A DNA stretch of 64,000 bases from a virus (IMGVR_UViG_3300032227_001172:32001-96000), one strand, 5' to 3'; positions 20,458 through 30,083 are shown, counted from the stretch's first letter. Made by a program: numbers and translations. Notes: generated by a model not told the origin, from the sequence alone.

Positions 20458-22067
20458 AACATTTTGCTTACTCTTGTGGTTGTAGTTTTGATGTTATAGA
20501 TGATAGCAATCTTAAGATAAATTTTGATCCTGTTCATCACCCAATAAACTTTGATTGCAAAAAAACATGGGATTTGATATCTGATGGGAATACTAAGGGG
20601 TGTTTCCAATTAGAATCTAGGCTTGGTAAATCAATGGCGAAAAAGCTCAAGCCAGAGAATATAGAACAATTATCCGCTTTAATTTCTATATTACGTCCGG
20701 GTTGTTTAGAGGCGATTAGAGATGGTAAAAGCGTAAGTAACCATTATATAGATAAAAAAAATGGACAAGAGTCGGTCGATTACTATCATCCGTCATTAAA
20801 AAATGTACTACATGCCACATTCGGCGAAATGATTTATCAAGAACAGGCCATGGAAATAGCCAAACATATTGCTGGATTCGATTTGCAAGAAGCAGACAAC
20901 CTAAGAAAAGCTATTGGCAAAAAGAAACCAGAAGAAATGGCAAAACTGAAATTAAAATTTATGCTTGGAACTAAAGCACTCAAAATTGTAAATGATAATG
21001 AGGCTGAAGAAATTTTCGGATGGATTGAAAAAAGCCAAAGATATAGCTTTAATAAGAGTCATGCCGTAAGTTATGCCGTCAACGCATATTTATCTGCTTA
21101 TACTAAAGCACATTTTCCTCGTATTTTTTTTGCATCTTATTTGAGATTTGCTAAAGATAAAATTGATCCTAAAGCTGAGATCAAAGCTCTGGTACAAAAT
21201 GCCACAGAAATGGACATCTTAGTCTGTGTGCCAGATATTAGAAATTTAAATGAATTATTCATAATGAAGAATAAAAAAATATATTTTGGTTTAACAGATA
21301 TTAAGGGTTTTGGTCAGTCTGTATATAAGAAACTGATTGCTTTGGTTAAAGATCAGTCAATTAATTTTGATAATATAAGCTGGTCAGAGTTTGTTGTTAA
21401 GATATTAGTTAATCTAAACTCCATTGCAGCTAAATCTTTAATAGAAAGTGGTGCTTTGGATTATTTCAAAATGACCAGAACATCTATGCTGTTAGAGTTA
21501 AGTTTGGTTTCAGAATTAACAAAAAAAGAAGTAGAGTTTGTAAATCATAATTTAGTGGGATGCAGATCGATTTATGAGTGCTTATATAAATTATGTCATA
21601 ATGCTAAATTAACATCTCGTAGAAAAACTATTATTGAAGGATTATTAAATACATTATCTAATCCACCATATTCATTGGAAGATAGTCCTGAATGGATTTC
21701 TGATACCGAAGAAGAAGCATTGGGTTGTAGTATTACTTGTTCTAAAGTAGACATGTATGATATTGGAATGACAAATTGTAATTGTAAAGATTTTAAAAAT
21801 ACTCTATTAAATGATATCATTTTATGTGGAGAAATTTCTACTATTAGTGTTACTAAAACTAAGACAGGAAAAAACCCCGGATCAGAAATGGCCTTTGTAT
21901 CATTATCAGATAGTTATGGTCTAATAGATAGTGTAATATTTTTTCCAGAAGCATATAAAGAATGTCGTAATATTTTATTCGATAATAATGTAATTATTGT
22001 TAAAGGTAAAAAAAGTAAAAATGGCGATTCATTAATTGTCGAAAAGGCATTTATTCCGAAAACTTGA
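20454..22067 (+). CDS. dnaE: DNA polymerase III alpha subunit, C-terminal half (fingers, HhH, OB fold)
   Basis: GCFQLES, ILRPG, MIYQEQAM, ADNLRKAIGKKK, YSFNKSHAVSY, IYFGL..IKGFG, MAFVSLSD. Confidence 0.92.
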   Translation: MKHFAYSCGCSFDVIDDSNLKINFDPVHHPINFDCKKTWDLISDGNTKGCFQLESRLGKSMAKKLKPENIEQLSALISILRPGCLEAIRDGKSVSNHYIDKKNGQESVDYYHPSLKNVLHATFGEMIYQEQAMEIAKHIAGFDLQEADNLRKAIGKKKPEEMAKLKLKFMLGTKALKIVNDNEAEEIFGWIEKSQRYSFNKSHAVSYAVNAYLSAYTKAHFPRIFFASYLRFAKDKIDPKAEIKALVQNATEMDILVCVPDIRNLNELFIMKNKKIYFGLTDIKGFGQSVYKKLIALVKDQSINFDNISWSEFVVKILVNLNSIAAKSLIESGALDYFKMTRTSMLLELSLVSELTKKEVEFVNHNLVGCRSIYECLYKLCHNAKLTSRRKTIIEGLLNTLSNPPYSLEDSPEWISDTEEEALGCSITCSKVDMYDIGMTNCNCKDFKNTLLNDIILCGEISTISVTKTKTGKNPGSEMAFVSLSDSYGLIDSVIFFPEAYKECRNILFDNNVIIVKGKKSKNGDSLIVEKAFIPKT

Positions 22068-22092
22068 CATCGTTGCGTTGGCGATGTATAAT
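22064..22092 (+). promoter_or_regulatory. Perfect consensus sigma70 promoter for ssb
   Basis: TTGACA (22064-22069), 17 nt, TATAAT (22087-22092); AGGAG RBS at 22122-22126. Confidence 0.85.
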
Positions 22093-22132
22093 ATGGTGTA
22101 GTTTGGTCAATTTTTCAATTTAGGAGAATTCG

Positions 22133-22501
22133 ATGAATATTAATCTTCTTCGTGGTAATTTAGCTCGTGATCCAGAAGTGCGAACTGTTAGTACTGGTAA
22201 TGGTAAACAAACATCTGTAGTTAATTTTACTATTGCTGTGTCTAGGGAATATGTAAAGGCTAGTGGTGAGAAGGATAAGATTACCACATTTGTGCCTTGC
22301 GAAGCGTGGGATACTGGCGCCGAAATTATAGGTGAGTCATTTAAGAAGGGCGATCTAGTAATGGTAGAAGGATCGTTACGCAATGATTCATGGGAAAAGG
22401 ATGGAGTTAAGCATAATTCTCTAAAAGTTAGAGTAAATAATTTCTCCAAGATTACAAAGCTTTCACGACAAAGCAAGGATAAAGAAGAAGTCGCGTTCTA
22501 A
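22133..22501 (+). CDS. ssb: Single-stranded DNA-binding protein
   Basis: MNINLLRGNLARDPEVR, FTIAVSR, CEAW, KKGDLVMVEGSL; short acidic tip EEVAF. Confidence 0.95.
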   Translation: MNINLLRGNLARDPEVRTVSTGNGKQTSVVNFTIAVSREYVKASGEKDKITTFVPCEAWDTGAEIIGESFKKGDLVMVEGSLRNDSWEKDGVKHNSLKVRVNNFSKITKLSRQSKDKEEVAF

Positions 22502-22526
22502 TTGTCAGAATATCACTAAGTGGATT

Positions 22527-22559
22527 GGGCGTATAAATTTCTATACGCCCTTTCTCCTT
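22527..22559 (+). terminator. Rho-independent terminator after ssb
   Basis: GGGCGTATA-aatttc-TATACGCCC 9-bp stem followed by TTTCTCCTT. Confidence 0.75.
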
Positions 22560-22578
22560 AATAAGGACCAATATCAGT

Positions 22579-24240
22579 ATGTCTAATAAAAAACTCAGAG
22601 TGTTGATGGTTTCCGAAGCTAGTTTTTTGAGTTCGGGATTCGGTACTTACGCCAAAGAAATCCTCTCAAGATTGCATAATACTGGAAAGTATGAGATTGC
22701 AGAATTAGCCTGTTATGGTAAAGTTAACGATCCTAAAGACGTAGGTATACATTGGAGATATTACGCTAATGCCGTAAATGCCAATGACCCAAGACATGAA
22801 CAGTATAGTCCTTTAGAGAATCAATTTGGCAAGTGGAGATTTGAGAGAACACTATTAGATTTTCGTCCAGACATAGTGATCGATGTTAGAGACTATTGGA
22901 TGAATTCTTATCAACAGTTTTCTCCCCTAAGACCATTCTTTCACTGGATACTGATGCCAACAGTAGACTCTGCTCCACAACAAGAAGAATGGATAGATAC
23001 ATTTTTACATGCTGATGCGGTTTTTACATATTCTGATTTTGGTCGAGACACCCTGGCTAATCAAAGTTTTAATAAGATTAATTATATCGATACCACATCT
23101 CCAGGTGTAAGTTTAGATGTATTTCAACCATTACCGAATCGTTCGGAAATTAAAAAGGCTCTGGGCTTAGAAGATAAGTTTATTATAGGATCAGTTATGC
23201 GTAATCAAAAACGTAAACTGATTCCGGAACTTTTTACAGCGTTCAAAAAACTGTTAAAAGATCTACAAGAATCCAATAATCCAGCTGGTGAAAACATATA
23301 TTTATATTTACATACCAGCTATCCAGATGCCGGATGGGATATTCCTCAATTATTAAAGGAATATGAAGTTGGCAATCGTGTCCTATTCACATATTCATGC
23401 AAAAATTGTTCATTCTTTAGACCCTGTCTATACAATCATCCTTTGACATTTTGTCCAAAGTGTGGCACTAAGTCATTTTCTATGCCAAACGTTAGTGCTG
23501 GTATTACTCAACAAGATCTTAATATTTTAATGAATACTTTTGATCTTTATGTTCAGTATGCTATATGCGAAGGTTTTGGCATGCCACAAGTTGAAGCAGC
23601 ATCAGCTGGGGTACCAATAGCTTCTGTAGACTATAGCGCAATGAACGACGTGGTTTATAAACTTAAAGGCTATCCTATAAAAGTTAATCAATATTTCAAA
23701 GAACTAGAAACTAAAGCTATCAGAGTTTATCCTGACAATGAAGATCTTGTTAGAATTATTAAAGACTATATTAGTATGCCTAATATTTTACGAGAACAAA
23801 AAAGACACGAAACCAGAAAATTAACAGAACAACATTATAACTGGGATAATATTGCTAAAAAATGGGAACATTATTTAGATAATATAAAATTAACTGGTCT
23901 ACAGGGTCAATGGTCAAGCCATCTCAAGCATATTCAACCGGTAACTAATATGAATAAGGATGGGAATCCATATGATACAATTATAGATTGGGTTTCTCAA
24001 AACATGACAGGCCATCAGCTATTAACTTCTAAGTTATTACTTAATATGATTAGAGATCTTGATTATGGTTTTACTATTAATGGTATGAGTACTCAAAACT
24101 ATAGTATTGATAATGTTAAGAAGAGCTTGGAGGTAATGATCAATAATCATAATACCGCCATGGTTGCAAAAGACAATCCACAATTGTTACCAACAGAAGA
24201 TTATATAGACTATGCTAATATGAAGGATGCTACTAAATGA
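22579..24240 (+). CDS. GT4-family (GT-B) glycosyltransferase with an inserted zinc finger
   Basis: SGFG N-terminal motif, RNQKRK, EGFGMPQVEAASAGVP; CKNC...CPKC insertion. Confidence 0.88.
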   Translation: MSNKKLRVLMVSEASFLSSGFGTYAKEILSRLHNTGKYEIAELACYGKVNDPKDVGIHWRYYANAVNANDPRHEQYSPLENQFGKWRFERTLLDFRPDIVIDVRDYWMNSYQQFSPLRPFFHWILMPTVDSAPQQEEWIDTFLHADAVFTYSDFGRDTLANQSFNKINYIDTTSPGVSLDVFQPLPNRSEIKKALGLEDKFIIGSVMRNQKRKLIPELFTAFKKLLKDLQESNNPAGENIYLYLHTSYPDAGWDIPQLLKEYEVGNRVLFTYSCKNCSFFRPCLYNHPLTFCPKCGTKSFSMPNVSAGITQQDLNILMNTFDLYVQYAICEGFGMPQVEAASAGVPIASVDYSAMNDVVYKLKGYPIKVNQYFKELETKAIRVYPDNEDLVRIIKDYISMPNILREQKRHETRKLTEQHYNWDNIAKKWEHYLDNIKLTGLQGQWSSHLKHIQPVTNMNKDGNPYDTIIDWVSQNMTGHQLLTSKLLLNMIRDLDYGFTINGMSTQNYSIDNVKKSLEVMINNHNTAMVAKDNPQLLPTEDYIDYANMKDATK

Positions 24241-25358
24241 ACGGACTATTTATAGGACCATATCGTCAAAATGATGGCTGGGGTATGGCTAGTAGAGATT
24301 ATATTAAAGCTATATCAACTCAAATCCCAAACTTAACAACTAGACCTATATATTTTACTAATAATACTATAGATATAGAGTCTGATATTTCTAAACATGA
24401 AAAAATACTATCTAAAAACTATGATATTGTTTTCCAAAAAACGCTTCCTCACTGTTTAGCTATTAATAAAAGTATTAAAAAGAATGTGGCTCTTTTTGTT
24501 TTAGAAACTAATGACATCTCCAATTCTAGTTGTATTAATAATCTTAATCAGATAGACGAGATTTGTGTTCCGTCTTCTCAAGAAGAAAAGTGTCTTAAAT
24601 TATCTGGAGTAACAACACCTATCAAGGTGGTTTCAGAACCCATTAATACAGACTTTTATAATACTAATCGTAATCATAAAATAGATTTACCTAAAAATAT
24701 AGAAAAAAGCTTTAAGTTTTATACTATTGGAGAGTTTGTAGAACGTAAAAATTTCTTAGATTTAATTACTGCTTTTCATTTAGCCTTTGAGCCAACAGAC
24801 AATGTTTCATTAGTAATTAAGACACATAGACCAGGATCATCTTCGGCTGACTCATTAAAATATATTCAACAGGTAATATATAATCATAAACGTAAGCTTA
24901 ATATTAGACAGATTTATCAACAGGAAATATTGATTTGTGATAGATTATCTGATTTAGATATGATAGGATTGCATAATGCGTGTGATTGTTTTGTGATGCC
25001 TTCATGCGGAGAAGCATTTTGCAGACCAGCTGCTGAAGCATTAGTTCTAGGTAAAACTCCTATTGTTACAGACAACACCGGTATGATAGATTTTATCAAT
25101 AATACCAATGGTTTTGTTGTTAATAGTCGTAAGCAGCCGGTCATCCTAGAAGAAAGAACACTATCGAATGATTTTGATATCTATAATGCTTATGAATACT
25201 GGTATAAGCCGAATATCTATAGCCTTATAGAATCTATGCAAAAAATTTACCAAATGTCTAAAAAAGACAAAGAAACATATAAAGCCAAGCAACAACACGG
25301 TATAAATTCTATTCAACAATTTAGTTATGAGACTATAGGACAAAAAATATGCATCTAA
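24237..25358 (+). CDS. GT4-family glycosyltransferase
   Basis: DGWG, ERKN, DCFVMPSCGEAFCRPAAEA..LGKTPIVT. Confidence 0.88.
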   Translation: MNGLFIGPYRQNDGWGMASRDYIKAISTQIPNLTTRPIYFTNNTIDIESDISKHEKILSKNYDIVFQKTLPHCLAINKSIKKNVALFVLETNDISNSSCINNLNQIDEICVPSSQEEKCLKLSGVTTPIKVVSEPINTDFYNTNRNHKIDLPKNIEKSFKFYTIGEFVERKNFLDLITAFHLAFEPTDNVSLVIKTHRPGSSSADSLKYIQQVIYNHKRKLNIRQIYQQEILICDRLSDLDMIGLHNACDCFVMPSCGEAFCRPAAEALVLGKTPIVTDNTGMIDFINNTNGFVVNSRKQPVILEERTLSNDFDIYNAYEYWYKPNIYSLIESMQKIYQMSKKDKETYKAKQQHGINSIQQFSYETIGQKICI

Positions 25359-26248
25359 GTTTTATCAATGCTAATATTTTACATCAGGTATTAGAGGATG
25401 ATACTAATATAGTATATAATCCTACTAATAAACTATTCGATAATATACTATATTTAATAGATTTTCGATTTTTTGTGTTTGGGGATTATGTACCAAAAAC
25501 AGATAACTGTACCGCACTATCTCCTGATTATATTGATTTATATAATTATGATATAGCTATTTTTAATGGTATTGTTAATGCATCACAACAAACAGTAAGT
25601 AAAACATTGCATGTTAATACTCTAATTTTTGAACATGATTCAAAAAATAATAGTCTAAAAAAAGAAGATTTGTTGATCTTAAACAATAAAACAAAAGGCA
25701 TTAAAAAGATTTTTTTCGATCAAACCATTTTAAATAGTTGGAATCAATCTGATTCTATTTATCTACCATATGGTATACCAACAAATGTCTTCAAAAATAA
25801 TCTAGAGTATAATGATCGTAAAGATATTTTAATCTACGGCAATCCTATGCTATCACAGCAACTCTATAGTCATTTGCATAATATGCAAAAAAGTTGCTCA
25901 ATCTTAGATTGCTCTCAATTAACTATAGAAGAATTAAATAAAAAGTTTAATAATTATAAGATTGTTATTAATCTTTATAATGATAACTTATTAAGTTTAG
26001 CGGCCCTGGCAGCTGGTTGTCATGTTATTACTTTAGGCAATGCTAATAGTTCGCCTGTTGGTATTTATTCTAAACAATCTATAGAACAAATAGTACAAAC
26101 TCTTAATGATCTGTTAACCAATCAACAAGGCCCAAATAATGAATTGATACAAAAATATTTAGAAGACAATCATAACTTTGACCTGTTTAAAATGAAATTA
26201 TCAGACCTAATCCGTACAACTGCAAAAAGAGAGGCTTTTATATTATGA
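25349..26248 (+). CDS. Divergent GT-B-fold protein
   Basis: LPYGIP..VF, EELNKKFNNYKIVIN, LAALAAGCHVIT resemble a GT-B C-terminal domain lacking the canonical Glu motif. Confidence 0.55.
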   Translation: MHLSFINANILHQVLEDDTNIVYNPTNKLFDNILYLIDFRFFVFGDYVPKTDNCTALSPDYIDLYNYDIAIFNGIVNASQQTVSKTLHVNTLIFEHDSKNNSLKKEDLLILNNKTKGIKKIFFDQTILNSWNQSDSIYLPYGIPTNVFKNNLEYNDRKDILIYGNPMLSQQLYSHLHNMQKSCSILDCSQLTIEELNKKFNNYKIVINLYNDNLLSLAALAAGCHVITLGNANSSPVGIYSKQSIEQIVQTLNDLLTNQQGPNNELIQKYLEDNHNFDLFKMKLSDLIRTTAKREAFIL

Positions 26249-26658
26249 TTAAGAATATTAATTTGGTTAAAGAAATCAATGATACCAATCCAAAAGGCAT
26301 GAATAATGTTAGTCTGGAAACACTAGCTCAAGTAACCAATAATTTTGTTGAGCATATTGATTGTGTCTGTTTAGACGAATTAGCAATACAGCCTAGGAAT
26401 CAGGTTTTCCCTATAATCTTATCCAAGCTTTGTATTGGTGGTAGCTTATCTCTAAAAATGATCAATACTGGCTTACTCGCCAACAAGATTAAAAAATCTG
26501 AATTAACCGGAGACAAGCTATCCACTATACTACCGCATGTAAATTCTGTTTGGTCCGACAATGAGATTAGTGATTATATTAATAAATATTCTTTATTAAT
26601 CAAAGGAATGTATTACGATAATATATATACTATTTATCAACTAGAAAAAACAGCATGA
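26245..26658 (+). CDS. Hypothetical protein (possible degenerate class I methyltransferase-like fold)
   Basis: CLDEL...ILSKLCIGGSLSL resembles the 'LKPGG.L' region of SAM methyltransferases; weak. Confidence 0.4.
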   Translation: MIKNINLVKEINDTNPKGMNNVSLETLAQVTNNFVEHIDCVCLDELAIQPRNQVFPIILSKLCIGGSLSLKMINTGLLANKIKKSELTGDKLSTILPHVNSVWSDNEISDYINKYSLLIKGMYYDNIYTIYQLEKTA

Positions 26659-27353
26659 AAATAGCTTGTTGTATCTTATCATATAACATAACAAAAGGAA
26701 TGAAGTCTTTCGGCCCTATTGGACTACTTAAAAAAAATAACAGCGATAAAGAATTAATACTCTATCAAATCGAATATTTGCGTAAAATCTTTGGTTCTGT
26801 TGATATTTACATAGTTACTGGTTTTGGTAAAGAAAAACTAGATAAAAAAATATTACAAAAAAAATATGTTAATATCATACACAATGATGAGTTTAACCAT
26901 AAGAACTATAGTTATGCTTTTAAGTTATTTCTAAAACACATCGAATCTAAACTCGATACCTATCAAGGTATTTTATTTTTAGATTCTAATATTCTAATTA
27001 AATCACTGAAACAAAAGAAACGTACACAATCATGGATTGTAGCCAAACAATATAAAGATATGCCAGGAGCAGAAGATTTTCTGGGTATTAATATTAATGC
27101 ATCTAATATTGTAGAATATTTATTCTATAACATCGGACATCTAAGCTGGTGTAAAAGCTTCTATTTGACTCAGAGAGATACCCATGCTATAATAAAAAAC
27201 ATGGGCCTCTACCACGATAATATGTTTTTGTTCGAAGTTATTAATGAATCGATAGAGCGTCTGGGACTAAAGCTATCTGTAAATCAGGTAGCCTCAAACA
27301 ATAAAGAGATTATAGAAATTAATGGCTTAAAGGATAAATATAAAGTTAAATGA
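26655..27353 (+). CDS. Divergent nucleotidyltransferase (LicC/MobA-like NTP transferase fold)
   Basis: GMKSFGP.GLL, LI.YQI..L, DIYIVTGF..EK, II.N.EF...N..Y.F; the Gly-rich LAAG.G.R motif is degenerate. Confidence 0.65.
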   Translation: MKIACCILSYNITKGMKSFGPIGLLKKNNSDKELILYQIEYLRKIFGSVDIYIVTGFGKEKLDKKILQKKYVNIIHNDEFNHKNYSYAFKLFLKHIESKLDTYQGILFLDSNILIKSLKQKKRTQSWIVAKQYKDMPGAEDFLGININASNIVEYLFYNIGHLSWCKSFYLTQRDTHAIIKNMGLYHDNMFLFEVINESIERLGLKLSVNQVASNNKEIIEINGLKDKYKVK

Positions 27354-28129
27354 AAAAAATATTACTACATAATGGCAATAATAATATTATTAAAGCTATT
27401 AATAAGTATCTAGTTAAAAATCTAGATACTGATAAAACACAAATACTATTCAATAGCTGGCATGGTCAACTATGCTCTGTTTACCAGACCTATAAACCAG
27501 AAATGGTATTTTGGTGTGCTTCAGAATATTCTCAAGAATTTCAAGATTTTATAACAGAATATCATAATAGTACTAAGATTTTTTTGATTGTAGATGTTGA
27601 GATAATGCAGGAGTCCTTGAATAATTTCTTAAACACAATAGATAATGTTAAAATTATTAAAAATGCTAAATTTAATACACACTATAAAAATACTATAGCA
27701 GAATACTCTGATCTGTATGATCATGAAATTTTCTTTGATAAAAATTTATCACGTAATGATAAAACAGTAGTTATACTATCTCCCAACAATGAACGAAACC
27801 ATATGTTGTTGGATGATGTCCTATATCCAAAAAACAAACATCCTATTGTTGTAGTGAATAATCCTGATTTTGATTCCGTAGTTAATTTGGGACTAATAAA
27901 CTATAATGATCTGTCTTTTATTATGAATACTTATAGTAGGGTTATAGATTTAGATAATTTGTTCACATTGGAAGCATCAGCATGTAATATAGACTCTATA
28001 GATATTACCGATAAGGATATCAATGCTGCCTTAGATAACAATATAACTCATTCTAAAATCAATGATTTGAATAACCATACTTATGAAGTTTTTGTTCAAC
28101 AAAAAATATTACCACATATCGGATTATAA
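27350..28129 (+). CDS. Hypothetical protein, possibly degenerate GT-B
   Basis: NLGLI..NDL..IMN.Y and LEASACN resemble a GT-B C-terminal domain. Confidence 0.45.
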   Translation: MKKILLHNGNNNIIKAINKYLVKNLDTDKTQILFNSWHGQLCSVYQTYKPEMVFWCASEYSQEFQDFITEYHNSTKIFLIVDVEIMQESLNNFLNTIDNVKIIKNAKFNTHYKNTIAEYSDLYDHEIFFDKNLSRNDKTVVILSPNNERNHMLLDDVLYPKNKHPIVVVNNPDFDSVVNLGLINYNDLSFIMNTYSRVIDLDNLFTLEASACNIDSIDITDKDINAALDNNITHSKINDLNNHTYEVFVQQKILPHIGL

Positions 28130-28132
28130 ACA

Positions 28133-28600
28133 ATGAATATAGGTTTTTATCTTTTAGATATTACTAATCAAAATCCTAAGCATCAACAGATATTATCTGC
28201 TATTAATACTTTATGTAAAAATAGACCATACGATAATATTGTATTATTCAACAATCAATTTAATACGGTTGATCTTGATCATAGATATTACACATTACAT
28301 ATGAGCGAGGCTAAATATTTCAAAGGCATTTTGTTTGTTTTTGATATTAAAAGTGCCATGCTAACACGAACGTTTCCAGCACCAAGTAAACAAATTCTTT
28401 TTGTAGATCAAGTCGAATGGCACGAGAAAAAGAATATGCCATATAGATTTTGGCATGATATCTATATGAACGATAGTTTTGAATTAGTAACAGAAAATAA
28501 GGATATGTTTAATCTGTGTGAATTGTGTTGGAAAAAACCCATAGGCAATATTTTCAATTTTCAAGCTAGCGATATAGACCATGTCATACAAAAACTATGA
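28133..28600 (+). CDS. Hypothetical protein
   Basis: 155-aa ORF in the cluster. Confidence 0.65.
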   Translation: MNIGFYLLDITNQNPKHQQILSAINTLCKNRPYDNIVLFNNQFNTVDLDHRYYTLHMSEAKYFKGILFVFDIKSAMLTRTFPAPSKQILFVDQVEWHEKKNMPYRFWHDIYMNDSFELVTENKDMFNLCELCWKKPIGNIFNFQASDIDHVIQKL

Positions 28601-29372
28601 TCATTATTCTGATCACGATAAACAGCAAATTATCAAAGACTTATATGTTAAGCAGGGACTAAGCTTTGGTTTGATTGCTGAACAATTAAATACTTATGCT
28701 AATAAAATTAGACGAGATGCTATAAAGTATAAAATTACTATTAGGGATAAAAGCGAAGCCCAGAGTAATGCATTAAAACAAGGAGTACATAAGCATCCAA
28801 CAAAAGGCACTAAACGCCCAGATAGCACAAAAGAAAAAATAGGTAAGTCTGTTATGACAGCATGGGATGGTTTAACTACTAAAGAGCTAAATGATAGAAA
28901 AGAAAAAGCTCAACAACTTTGGAATAATTTATCAGAAGACGAGAAACAAAACAGATTAACTTTAGCCAATAAGGCTGTTAGAGAAAGTAGTAAATTAGGT
29001 TCTAAACTAGAACACTTTCTATTAAATTCTTTGATAGCTGATGGATATAAAGTAGAATTTCATAAAGAACAACTTTTGTCTAATACCAAGTTGCAAATTG
29101 ACCTCTTTCTTCCTACTATGAATATAGCTATAGAGGTCGATGGGCCATCACACTTTTTACCGGTATGGGGCAAAGACACGCTAGCTAAAAATAAAAAATA
29201 TGACGAAAAGAAGAGCGGTTTAATTGTCGGAAAAGGACTTAAATTAATAAGAATAAAACAACTTCATGATTTTTCCAAATCTAGAGGATTAATTGTTTAT
29301 CAGAATTTGATAAACGCAATTAAGGATCTTGATATATCTACTAGTATACGATCTATAGAAATAGAGGACTAA
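28581..29372 (+). CDS. Free-standing endonuclease (HTH, NUMOD3-like repeat, DUF559/Vsr-like nuclease); putative homing endonuclease
   Basis: LY..QGLS...IAEQL HTH; KG.KR..STKEKIG; QIDLFLP.MNIAIEVDGPSHF. Confidence 0.72.
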   Translation: MSYKNYDHYSDHDKQQIIKDLYVKQGLSFGLIAEQLNTYANKIRRDAIKYKITIRDKSEAQSNALKQGVHKHPTKGTKRPDSTKEKIGKSVMTAWDGLTTKELNDRKEKAQQLWNNLSEDEKQNRLTLANKAVRESSKLGSKLEHFLLNSLIADGYKVEFHKEQLLSNTKLQIDLFLPTMNIAIEVDGPSHFLPVWGKDTLAKNKKYDEKKSGLIVGKGLKLIRIKQLHDFSKSRGLIVYQNLINAIKDLDISTSIRSIEIED

Positions 29373-29375
29373 ATA

Positions 29376-30083
29376 ATGGTTAAGAAATCTGCAGAATCAA
29401 ATACGCCACCAGAAACTATTGTTACACCTAATGATTTAGGATGGACAGATTATGTTTTGAGTTTATTGTCTGATGATGAAAAAATAGCTGGTAATCCCAC
29501 CACAGACGGATTAAGAAGAGTATTTGAAATAGCAATGAATTGTGTGGTAATAGATTCTTCATCAAATGTTGTACAAACTCCAGATCCACAAAACGAGAAA
29601 AGAGCCACGGTTGTTCACAGTATCTCGTATGTATTAAAAAACATTGATCCGAACCTAGAAGAATTAAAATATAGGTCTGTGAGCGGCTCTGCGGATGTTT
29701 ATTGGGGAAACTGCGACAAAGCATTTCGTAATCATCCTGTCGCTGTAGCAGAAACCAGAGCAGAAGGAAGAGCACTCAGAAGAGGGCTAAAACTCAGAAA
29801 AGTGGTAGCAGCTGAAGAAATAGCAGCAGTTTTGGAAGATGATCCTGATGGTAATAATGTTTCCAAAATTAGTTCTAATCAGATTAATTTTATTGATGTA
29901 TTAGCACAAAGACTTAATATTAATGTGTTAAAGCTTGTAAATACACTTGACATTTCATTTGATACTGTATATAATATTACGCATGAAGATGCTATTAAGG
30001 TTATACGACATCTTAACGTATATCAGCAAGACACATCTTCTATCGCAGAAAATATTATGGGGTATCAACCAGAATGGAAATAA
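29376..30083 (+). CDS. Rad52/Sak-like single-strand annealing protein
   Basis: DGLRR, VAVAETRAEGRALRRGL motif, helical C-terminal tail (ISSNQINFI..L...A.KVI..LN). Confidence 0.6.
   Translation: MVKKSAESNTPPETIVTPNDLGWTDYVLSLLSDDEKIAGNPTTDGLRRVFEIAMNCVVIDSSSNVVQTPDPQNEKRATVVHSISYVLKNIDPNLEELKYRSVSGSADVYWGNCDKAFRNHPVAVAETRAEGRALRRGLKLRKVVAAEEIAAVLEDDPDGNNVSKISSNQINFIDVLAQRLNINVLKLVNTLDISFDTVYNITHEDAIKVIRHLNVYQQDTSSIAENIMGYQPEWK

Noticed and set aside
19540-20560. Split intein or group I intron joining the dnaE halves
   Set aside because: No Cys/Ser-initiated intein N-block after dnaE-N and no HN-C/S/T end at the start of dnaE-C. The interval is fully occupied by coupled ORFs with no room for ribozyme structure.
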